The notes beneath the pieces are model-generated. The model was not told the origin of the DNA. It saw only the letters and a list, made by a program, of their open reading frames with translations, and ran no database searches. From Amoebophrya sp. A120 (Eukaryota > Protista > Dinoflagellata): a stretch of DNA of 64,000 nucleotides. The stretch spans positions 10,647,655-10,711,654 of the forward strand of contig CAJINV010000004.1 in NCBI GenBank assembly GCA_905178155.1, read 5' to 3'. Shown one piece after another: positions 25,201 through 32,876 of this stretch (position 1 is the stretch's first letter; each line of letters opens with the position of its first letter). The translations under genes and the position numbers were made by a program.

Positions 25201-25434
25201 CCGGTTGTTTCGACGTCCCAGCTCAATCATGCTGCTGGTGGAACATCATCAGCCAGTCCCAGTCCTCCGTATCTGCTCTCGGGCACGACTAGAAATGTGC
25301 CGGCGCCAGAAGTACTAGAGGAGGACCACTCCCAGGAGAACACGCTGGTGAGAAGGGTGGGGAATGTTATTAACGAGTTTGTTCCATCGCTTCCATCGGC
25401 GCTGGTCAGCAACTGGTCGTGGAGCCCCCAGTAA
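19264..25434 (+). CDS. Large Cid1/TUTase/non-canonical poly(A) polymerase-family nucleotidyltransferase with N-terminal signal peptide and PAM2-like motif
   Basis: N-terminus MKARLLWITLICLCLSSQQLG; LFGSALNGFGTPSSDLDISF (~22330-22389); third Asp in VDLTVNN (~23104-23124); DPVLRTVGRLFLKFAK helix; LNLSAPVFVP (~24016-24045). Confidence 0.8.
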   Translation: MKARLLWITLICLCLSSQQLGTVYSSRAAPSTAPRRNPASLSKSSSKPAVKEVFGIAAAAFCEIVLDTESNLLNRVKWELNATSGVDPDPKKADAPSDAEFSENSWSAVLYKAAFDLRGLNHGPIRRVINSLEEVVAPSSRLRDDERSTKLERDALIYSRLQILDALEAFQVQPDVVHEQLAKRCAKELMFQQVEFLPSKILANTTLSMALQANGQQEVQLREQVDPLTAHQQSSVMHRQLQERYDFVWLYMFQGNPVRLAIRTELTKRFVDSSDDRVVHYELTASAKPHWVGSVCEVDQISDTIGRDYPMGTESQIARTLAAGLHESQEFARRSAPTAGLEIGSGRFFLQSSREAVAFLFVQNNFGYGSLRSSEDHVVSPSHACGSATGGMSEFTPEELSKQFSQHQVAQACLAVMQQPTEQFCIGPTHDRKSAGLSSKQDVKKLPTLCSSCPDLEVKGGAVNFPALELSNVELLQLAMRVAVRKRSDFVAEVRRHREPNAKNPPSPPLFDFFSKALAEVRGPGSWAKKSAALYKTDHITLDDHAEYNDTPPVASEILTEICGPLLQPFVNLTQTPVKLLAKISENRRGLSWNSFARRGLVMLQVSPGRGAGLDSPTTAAAPVGYHEEGPENLLFFPLTALRHDDPSSTPSAVFTPSGAKSRMEVRVGGLIPSGPWDETGTEKEEKNAGPPNYAIFFDFEEVEPEDAAAQHAARAGPETSAGARGNHQQDPNRFSPRSARTRASGNKTTARVYFSALAFEALENHHARRAREAKESYFASSVARRRDPRDPHGWGASARKQMGRPVSFPDTRDTKPNNLGQRKLFEGALLPTWEEYDLLTEVIGQGIALQEVMLAAGRGQLRGGGSSTFALLKKHKELEAETFFLLGKDTAAASTTPSGGTAAGGEGISPPSRVESRDGPIRRRRQTRSPSIPFSRNHAARRRNSKGRKRTSRAPTADGATRAPSAESRNKENASSASMIRRELREEIQNGFTALHPGIVETMTQHLQSLPLLQRCGVRIDLFGSALNGFGTPSSDLDISFTPTKPCSLSTLLLHDLLSEPKDKAAQVPIEFRSSQTTVRKDGKLVFAPATSSTRTSNARGTTSPTPTCTSSAAPSEQPQWSTATALGGEDERTLNSVDFSDSEQRQRYKNRFWFLENLTQGLFRTDAAHTGNILVQEDDVLMKWVSVKLNRNPPAPAHQFGTTTAPPGTSNDGWVQAKGTFAVKSTLLHTLPEEKSKRERRLTSEAVRGREDVYSTEGVVQVVDKNSGRGAAVWTYFTVDLTVNNFAPEARRKRDTLRQIAVSDPVLRTVGRLFLKFAKRSGLTGTAHEYGFERMPSFRFMLIFLQWVVKERFFELSFVRSKIIPSRSTVDGDVSVPQFTANLSKNSAFQAHYKQLSKKEGEVAEADMMIAFVETLYRKLITYVNTTVLSVVDHHAGPRDSLLRPEDFLSRFALLVQNQQIQQPVVFAPSIQPFPPMYQGRNPWVGAFGGTGVVGAATSPLREHRSVRLAEVRQSLWSWDPWLPPDNRTSFKYYNPKLFFSAFHDEAYRLEQAYQNETSSAAGCTEVPSPSTTGAESPSRRGLNLSAPVFVPGAPCEGALTSGAFGPGGGFVGSVAGGTGGGACVGNSGIFCGSPPLGGVVPQQGGASPSSFALPSSLPLLVHQRTTTTAPVPSSTSTSTPPTGSYIYTAPAPHRQKSRPSRTSNSSFSGPGLFLPSSQPPVYAAPSVVDLPPAPYIPSQEDNRHGKIFGTPADVLSPCDVVQHTTSTFAEQLVTAKPHDSRHNSEGSSCSVTTPSGGHSRSSPATTAQVATTGGAAASSSTAAPLPLPPPRRSVNKLQNRAYNPKADRPRTCSEDAGGVDVVPAPEVAPAAEAEQTEREAGIVGKADDGTLLQGGGGSRSSSRTSIRRRATSRPAATRRSRSPNNRPTTSGRTEELTLVQQQQSPPWPAAQEVVHLDVGSRRPSGGTIFGSSQEEEPVVSTSQLNHAAGGTSSASPSPPYLLSGTTRNVPAPEVLEEDHSQENTLVRRVGNVINEFVPSLPSALVSNWSWSPQ

Positions 25435-26302
25435 GGACAGGGCGGGAAGAAGAATCTGCACCTACTTCTTCAGAAGCACATCAATCTACTTTCTTATCAG
25501 CATGCGGGTCTTAGTGTTTTTTCTACTACGCTGCATAGCAGTAAACAAGGATACGATAATTTTAGGTGGTGTAGCTATGTCGTCGATGGATGCATTTTTA
25601 GAGTTGTACGATATTATAACCTGCGACAGGTGCAAGACAGAGGAGATATTTCCCCAGATCCTTTCTTTTCCACTACATCATGCAAGTAGCTGTGGCTGTT
25701 ACTCGTCTCTCTAACTATATCGCGGAAGAAAAATGTATATGATTTTCGAACGGCAATTATTTTTGATCGTCAACGACGTCGACCACCTCCAGCATCCGTC
25801 GTTTTTCTGAGCTAAAGTTGACTCAACGCTTTCGACCGCTATGCCAAATTAAAGCCCTACTTGTACATAAGAAATTGTCGTTCGCAAAGATGGGGACAAA
25901 CATTTTGTACCTGCATGAAATAAATCTGTGCATAATTAAAATCTTGCTACAAGGAAGTCATTATAGGGCAGTCTGTCGTTGTGGTCTACGACTAGTAGTA
26001 TTCTCATCGATGGTCTAAAAATTGCTTGGAGATCATAGTACAGCTATTGCATTAGAGCCGTGTACAATTAAATCATAAGTTTGTTTTGACTTTGTCTGTA
26101 TTCAAGAATTGTTCCGCATCACCCTCCTCATATTTATTTTTTTGATTGATGTCCAAGTAACTCCCTGAGGGAAACGGAACGTGCGGAAGGAGCTTCCATT
26201 TTTCTGAAATCTGTGTAGGCATCAACCGCAAGATCCATGGTGCAGTAAGTATTGGAAAAACTGGCAGTATACGAAGTGAGTCATTCTCTTCTTGCGATGT
26301 AA

Positions 26303-26435
26303 GTGGCTCTTGTCGGCGAAAGACCAGTTGCACGAAAAGCAAAAGCAAAAGCTCCTGTGTGGAGATTAAGGGGAGTTCTATTTGTGCGCCGCGATAGTAT
26401 TTGTGTTCGTAACTGCGATGAGGACAACATGTTAA
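26303..26435 (+). repeat. ~125-bp direct repeat, copy 1
   Basis: CGAAAGACCAGT..GAAAAGCAAAAG.TCCTGTGTGGAGAT..GGGGAGTTCTATTTGT also occurs at ~31990-32120. Confidence 0.8.
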
Positions 26436-26576
26436 TGCCGCAGATCGCCCAGCCGCACCCGCAGATCGAACCGTACGTACAACAAAAGAAATGGCACACG
26501 TCTTAAAGTTCCGACATGCCAAACCTGATGCTATGCTATACGTATCTCTAATCTAATTACTGGCTCGCTAAACAAG

Positions 26577-27233
26577 ATGCAGTTTACCTCGTCTGCCGCG
26601 CGGAGTGGTATCGGCCGTTGTAACATGCCGCTTTTCGTCAGCGGTCGCCTCTTGTGTGGTGCAGTGATCGGCTTCTTATTTGCTATTCGTTTTATGGCCT
26701 TCGCAGTGACAGGCACGAAAAAGGAGGAAGGAGCTGCAATCGATGATGTAGCAGCTGCAGTGAAATCCGCCGAAGCGGCGGGCCTAAGCGCGCAAGAGCG
26801 TGGGCGAAATCAAGGACGAGAGAGCGCCACACTGGATGCAGCTGAGCATGAAGACGAGGAACGAGGGTTGTACTCCGATAGCACAGACGTCGACGTGGAG
26901 GCGGACGAAGATGAAGTTCTTGAAAATTATGAACGTTCTTATCCGCGAGCAGCAGGAACCGTTAAATTTGAAATGTCGCACACGGGTTCCCACACGGCTT
27001 TCGCTGAAACGAAAGTGGTACAGACATCAGAAGCAGAACAGCCGGAGCCAGAGCGACAGCCGTACAAGAACCCCTATGATAGTACAACAAGCATTCAGTT
27101 ACAAGACGAAGATGGTGGTGGAAAGATGAAAGCAGATGAAGATGTAGGGTCGGTTTTGGAAAAGGACGCCAAGCAACAACAAGGGATCAGGCCAAATAAG
27201 CAGCTGCAGACCGTGATATGCCATTTTTCCTAA
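26577..27233 (+). CDS. Hypothetical acidic protein with N-terminal hydrophobic anchor/signal (may be an exon or a truncated gene)
   Basis: 218-aa ORF; LLCGAVIGFLFAIRFMAFAV followed by E/D-rich sequence; possible donor near 27213. Confidence 0.5.
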   Translation: MQFTSSAARSGIGRCNMPLFVSGRLLCGAVIGFLFAIRFMAFAVTGTKKEEGAAIDDVAAAVKSAEAAGLSAQERGRNQGRESATLDAAEHEDEERGLYSDSTDVDVEADEDEVLENYERSYPRAAGTVKFEMSHTGSHTAFAETKVVQTSEAEQPEPERQPYKNPYDSTTSIQLQDEDGGGKMKADEDVGSVLEKDAKQQQGIRPNKQLQTVICHFS

Positions 27234-27259
27234 ATGAAGTTGCATGGTCCTCAGAATAG

Positions 27260-29950
27260 ATAGAAAAGAGACCCGAGGTCGCTTCCGAAATGCGAAACGC
27301 GAAAAGCGAAGACGGGAGCAGGACGAACCTAATACCCGAGTGCATATATAAGATAGAGAAAAGGCCCCGAACTCGTTCCGGAAATGCGAAACGCGAAAAG
27401 CGACGCAAGAGGGAAGCAGGGCAAGAAGACTCTCCTTCTTCCCCGAAGTGCTTACATACATGAATAGAAAAAGCCCGAGGCCCTCTCCGGAAATGCGAAA
27501 CGCGAAAAGCGAAAAAGGGAGCAGGAGAAAGCCAGCGCGCCCTGAAGTCGCTCAGTATGTGTATAAGACAAAAGCCCCGGGGCGGGCCCTTCCCGAATTC
27601 CGAAAAATGGAAGACAGCCGCGGGCGGAGTCAGACGAGAATATGCCAGGCGCGCCCCGGTGTGAGCGCACTATAGAGGAGGGAACCGGCGGGCGCCCGCC
27701 CCCGAATGGCGAATGAAACGCGAAAGGCCGGCAAAGGCAGAGGGGGCAAGAAAGCAGAAGCCGGGCGCCAGGCGGGCGCAACCTACGAAGCCCGGAGAAG
27801 GCCCGAAGGGCCGCAGCGCGCAAGCAGCCGCCGGCCTGGCGGCGAGCGACAACCCGCGCCCCCTGCCCGTAAGCCACGCAAACAAAAACGCCCGCCCGCG
27901 GAATTTTGGAAAACCCCCGCAGCGGGGAGGCCAAAATATACAAGAGAGTCGCCCTCACACCACGACGGCCCGGCGGCCGACGAAATCCAAGAGGCATATT
28001 GGGGGCGCCGCGGGGGGTTCTACGGAGGCGGAACCCCGAAGGCAGGCAGGAAGCCGACAGGACCCTCCCTCGGCGTCCCCTTCTCCGGAACGGAAACAGA
28101 CCAGCCACATCGCGCCCCCCCCCCCCCCCCCCCCCCCCCCCCTGCCGAGCCCGCTGGCTTGACGGGGGGGCCCTGGCCGAAAATGCAGCAGGCCCGCCTG
28201 ATGCGTGGCGCCCCCTCGCCCATTTTTTTTGTTTGATATGGCGCCGCGCCGCCGGCCCGGTCGGGTCGGTTCGTTTGGCCGGCTGCGACGCCCCGGGGCA
28301 TAGAATACCGCCCGGAAGGGGGAGCGATGAAGGCGGGCGCAGTTGTCGGGGTGGGCCTCGAGGTTTGTCGTAGATAGTCGGCCGGCAGGCTTCACGGAAA
28401 CAAGGCGAGCCGCCTCTGCAAAAGCGCCGCGCCTACCCTTTTTCAGGGGCACAAGCGCCACGAGCTAGGCAGCGTCACTATTGGCGCCCCAGCCCTTTTT
28501 TTTTTTTGCGCAGCGGCTACACGGCCTGGGTCGGACTACTTCCCTCGGCGCGTCCTTTTGTTCCCTTCACTTCTCTGTGCTTGCTTTATTTTTGAGAAGC
28601 CCAGACGAGGCACCGGAGCAGCCTCGCCGCGCCACCTGTGAGCCAACAGAAGCACGCAGCGCACCACCAGCAAGCCCACACCGGCGTCGCCAAATTGTTT
28701 GCAAACAGCCTCCATGCTAGATTGCGCAAGAAATTGCACGAAGCCGCGCGCATTTTCTGGCATGTGGGCTGACTGTGTGGGCGCTTGGGCTTCTTCGGCT
28801 TGGCCTGCCTGCCCGCTGGCAGGCCGGTTTGCCCCGGGGCGTCAAGGCGTAGTATCCAGCGGGCCCCGGCGCGTTGGGGCGGGTGTGTCTGGAAAGTCGT
28901 GCCTCCTCCTCCCTGTGCCAATCTATCTCCCGGGTTGGCAGCTTCTTCGCGTGGGCTTCCCCATTAGTTGGCCCGAGCAACAGCGGGAGTTGCCTCTGCA
29001 GCTCAAGACTGACGGAAACCAAAGCCATAGAAGAAAGGAACACACCGGAAGGCCCACGCGTGGCGCGTGTGCGACCGCCAGCCACCCCGCCAGGCCGGGC
29101 AGCTTCAGCGCGAAAAGGCACACCATAAAAAGGCAAAACCTCGTTGCGGCTTTTCGCTTCTCGCGGCTCGCGCTTATGGGCCTGGCTCCGGCTTTTTTTC
29201 ACTACGCAATATATTGAAAAACCGGGCAGCATGCTGGTGCGGCTTTTCGCTTTTCGATCGCGATCCGCACGGGCCTGCTTGCTTTACTCTCATTTCTGAC
29301 TTTCCCAACGTATTAGATGCGGCAGCCAGTCGCGCTCTTCTTTTCGCTTTTCGCGACTCACATCCACCGACCGGACTGCTTCCGCTTTCTCTATTGGCCT
29401 TCCTCTCTTAGCGTATTTGCTAAATTCGGCAGCCGTTGCGCCTTTTTTTTCGCTTTTCGCGATTCGCATCGGCCGGACTGCTTCCGCTTCCTCTACTACT
29501 GTTGTCCGCCTTTCTTAGCATATTAAATTTGGCAGCCGTTGACATTTTTTCGCTTTTCGCTTTTCGCGACTCACATCGACCGGACTGCTTCCGCTTTCTC
29601 TACTAGTCTCCCATTCTTGGCGTCTTAAATCCTGCAGCCCTTGCTCCTGTTATTTTTTTTTCGTTTTTCGCTTTTCGCGATTCGCATCGGCCGGACTGCT
29701 TCCGCTTCCTCTACTACTGTTGTCCGCCTTTCTTACCATATTGTTTAAATTTGGCAGCCGTTGGCATTTTTCCGCTTTTCGCTTTTCGCGATTCGCATCG
29801 ATCGGACTGCTTCCGCTCCCTCTACTACTATCTTCTTTCTCTGGCGTGTTAGATTTTTCGGCGCCGGACATTGCTTTTCTTTTTTTCGCTTTTCGCTTTT
29901 CGCGATTCGCATTGATCGGACTGCTTCCGCTTTCCCCACTCTTACTATTT
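27260..29950. repeat. Foldback-like GC-rich block with inverted subterminal tandem arrays
   Basis: Left: 3+ units with TGCGAAACGCGAAAAGCGA (~27290-27515). Right: ~6-7 units with TCGCTTTTCGCGATTCGCATC..CCGGACTGCTTCCGCT (~29240-29940). Poly-C tract at ~28115-28142. Confidence 0.7.
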
Positions 29951-29992
29951 TAGGAATTACGCATCTCATGCTGTCGCTTTCGTCTATTTCCT

Positions 29993-31918
29993 GTGTCAGG
30001 GCTACAGCTATCTATTCTTCGAATCAGGATGCTGATCCAACTCCTTGCACTTGTTGCAGGCGGAAAAATGGTAGGTGTTTCGCCTTTAATTCTGCTTATT
30101 TGGCCTCATCCGAACAACAACATCAGCCACCCCCCCCCCCCCCCCCTTCGCCCAAAAATCTCGGCTCCGTCCGCAAACACTACGGATACTGCGACGCGAA
30201 TTAATACGAATATGACAATAGCATCGCGGGATGCGGAGGTACAAGATGAGATTGCTTTTGCGCAGAGGGTGATGCAGGCCCAGGACCTTTATTTTGCTCG
30301 AGTACGTGTACAGGATATGCGATCAAATATGAAGACGCAATGGCTCCAAGCACGAACGGCGCTCGAATTTGCGGAGGCGAATCTTCGCATGATTGAATTC
30401 GAATTGCAGCTAATACACGATAGGGAAGACCAGATGAAACAAAGCGACTTTCGGGAAAACGACCTGGATTACAACTTTTTCGTAAACTTCCACGTGCTCC
30501 AAGATCATTACGCTGACATCTACGGTATCGATTTGCCCGAGGCGCAGACGGACGAAGTAGATTTGCCTGTAGTCCGCGCTGCCGCTTGCTCATTTACCTG
30601 TGCCGACTGGAACGATGATTTTGTGATCGATCCAAAAGAGGAAGCTTCTACCTCTTGCTCCCTCCTGCAAATCCCCTCTACTGGCCCACGAGAACGCGAA
30701 GGGATCGACGTGATAGAGTATTTCGAGAACTGCGGCCCCGAAGGACACGAAGTGATGGATCTACAACATGGCCGCGTGAACATTAACAACAAAACAAGAA
30801 TAACATACGAGGAACTTCATCACAAAGGCAACAGCACAGCGACGGGGGGATCGCCGTCGACCACTTTGCAGCTGGATGAGCACCTGAAGCCATGGCGTGA
30901 ATATTTGCCCTCCTGGGCCCGCTCATCGTCGGAGGCCGGCTCATCGTCGGAGTCAATCTCTTCTTCAGGTTCAGGGTCATCATCAACATCAGGGTCGTCC
31001 TCATCCGGGTCGTCGTCGGCCATATCTGACGAAACAGTGATATCAGAGGCAAGCAGTGACTCACGACGGAAAGCCCGCCTAGGGCGAGCAGCCTGGGAGC
31101 AATTACGGGCCAGGTGGCGCCGTCCTCGGCAAGAGCGAGACTCGCCAAATCCGGACGAAGATTCCGCCGAATCTGATTGGGTACCGCCAAGCCCTACAGA
31201 ATTTTCGGCCGAGACCATCGCAGAGACGAGTAGAGTCGCAGGAGATCTCATGAAACAGCGAATCATACCCACACCAGGCCGTCAAATGGCTGTCGACTAC
31301 GCGCGAACCCGGGACTTGGAAAATCGCAGGAAGAAGCAAGAAGAAACTGAAACAAAAAATGATATCCTTTCCGAAGGGGGGAACGAGCCCGGACAGCTCC
31401 TGTCTACACGGAGAGATATAAACGCGAGAACATATCCAGTGGACGGGAGGTTCAGCACGTTGAGGCACACTGGCACCGCCACCGGTTTATCAACACGGTT
31501 CATGCGGGAGGCGAATGGACCGTGCTTCTGTAGTGATGAAGAAACTCGTAATCGCCGCGATCGACAAGTGAAACGTCGCGCAAAGGCTTTGCGCGAGGCG
31601 GATTATACTGTGACCATTTTGCCCACCTTAAAAATGGAGATTATGGGAAAAGAAACGATTCTTACCAAGGGAGACATGAAGAACCTCCAACTCATGACTA
31701 CAGAAAAGGGGACCAGGCAAAGACTTCTGACTGTAAAAGAAGCGAACAAGAAGTATACAAAGCGGTATATCTATGAAGAGAAAGAATTCTTTGATGAAAA
31801 TTCGGATCACGACCGTTTCAACTCGCCGAAGTCCAACGAAGGGCGAAAGTTTGTGTTGATGCCCAAAAAGCAAGACGAGAATAGTGATTCTAGAGGCTGG
31901 ACGTCTTGGCTTCGTTGA
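29993..31918 (+). CDS. Hypothetical intronless protein, possibly element-borne (start uncertain; ATG at 30211 plausible)
   Basis: 641-codon ORF with a coiled-coil-like N-terminal part and a Ser-rich linker; no recognisable domain. Confidence 0.55.
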   Translation: MSGLQLSILRIRMLIQLLALVAGGKMVGVSPLILLIWPHPNNNISHPPPPPLRPKISAPSANTTDTATRINTNMTIASRDAEVQDEIAFAQRVMQAQDLYFARVRVQDMRSNMKTQWLQARTALEFAEANLRMIEFELQLIHDREDQMKQSDFRENDLDYNFFVNFHVLQDHYADIYGIDLPEAQTDEVDLPVVRAAACSFTCADWNDDFVIDPKEEASTSCSLLQIPSTGPREREGIDVIEYFENCGPEGHEVMDLQHGRVNINNKTRITYEELHHKGNSTATGGSPSTTLQLDEHLKPWREYLPSWARSSSEAGSSSESISSSGSGSSSTSGSSSSGSSSAISDETVISEASSDSRRKARLGRAAWEQLRARWRRPRQERDSPNPDEDSAESDWVPPSPTEFSAETIAETSRVAGDLMKQRIIPTPGRQMAVDYARTRDLENRRKKQEETETKNDILSEGGNEPGQLLSTRRDINARTYPVDGRFSTLRHTGTATGLSTRFMREANGPCFCSDEETRNRRDRQVKRRAKALREADYTVTILPTLKMEIMGKETILTKGDMKNLQLMTTEKGTRQRLLTVKEANKKYTKRYIYEEKEFFDENSDHDRFNSPKSNEGRKFVLMPKKQDENSDSRGWTSWLR

Positions 31919-31989
31919 TAATCATCATAATTCTTGAACTTGATGGTTTATTAATTTGCTTGATGGACTTAGGATTAGCGCGCAATTGA

Positions 31990-32120
31990 GTGGCCACTAA
32001 CGAAAGACCAGTCGCGCGAAAAGCAAAAGTTCCTGTGTGGAGATGAACGGGGGAGTTCTATTTGTCCGCCACGGTAGTAAGTATTTATTTTTGTTCCTAA
32101 CTTCTACAACGACATGTTAT
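31990..32120 (+). repeat. ~125-bp direct repeat, copy 2
   Basis: Diverged copy of 26303-26435. Confidence 0.8.
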
Positions 32121-32876
32121 CGTTACGAGCAGGGAACACGACACGCAGTCCTTGACCTCACATGAGATAAAATCGCATCAGTTCCTTCACTGCGTTGTCC
32201 GTCGTGAGCAGTTCTTTGCGTTGGAACCTTTTACGAGAAAGTGGGTTCTTTCACGCTCAGAAGACTGCTCTAAGAATTGGATCTCAGAGATGAAATGGGA
32301 GATCTTAGAGAAATGATAGTTCTTGGAGATGGTTGCGCAAGAAAATTTCTACAGGCAACGAACGGGTATAGGGTTTAGGCTAGATGATGATGCTGATGAT
32401 TGATGACCGATGTTGACAAAAATTCACTTGTTGATCAGAAAAGCGAGATCCATAAATCCGATGGAGTCGAAGATCAGGATCGTGCAGCTATTTAATGCGC
32501 ATGGTCTACTAGTTCTAGTTGCGCAGCCGCAGGCGCACACCAAGTTGCTGCTGCTGTTGGCTGCATCTAGCCACCTGTTTTGGTATAACTTGGAAGATCT
32601 TCAAAGTAAGTATTAAATTGGATCATCTAGAAGTATTCAGTCTGTGGTGATATGAAGATAGAAAGCCGCGCATTGGAATAGAAAATGACTAGGCTATAGC
32701 ACTTCCCACACATCAGCAAGGAAATTTCATTTTGACCACCTCAGCGACCAGCAAAGATTAGTTTTAGTATCAGACCCGTATAATTTTGATTTGTGCTGAG
32801 TGGACGTTTTAATAAAGTCAAACACAACGCAAGATAAGTACTATATCGAGTACAGCTTCCTCGCTCCACTTCGAAG

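Noticed and set aside
27448-29411. Many overlapping Pro/Arg/Gly-rich ORFs
   Set aside because: Expected from high GC and poly-C tracts in a repeat block.
29993-31918. Possible transposase for the introners
   Set aside because: No DDE, HUH, RT or recombinase motif is visible, and it is not flanked by introner TIRs.
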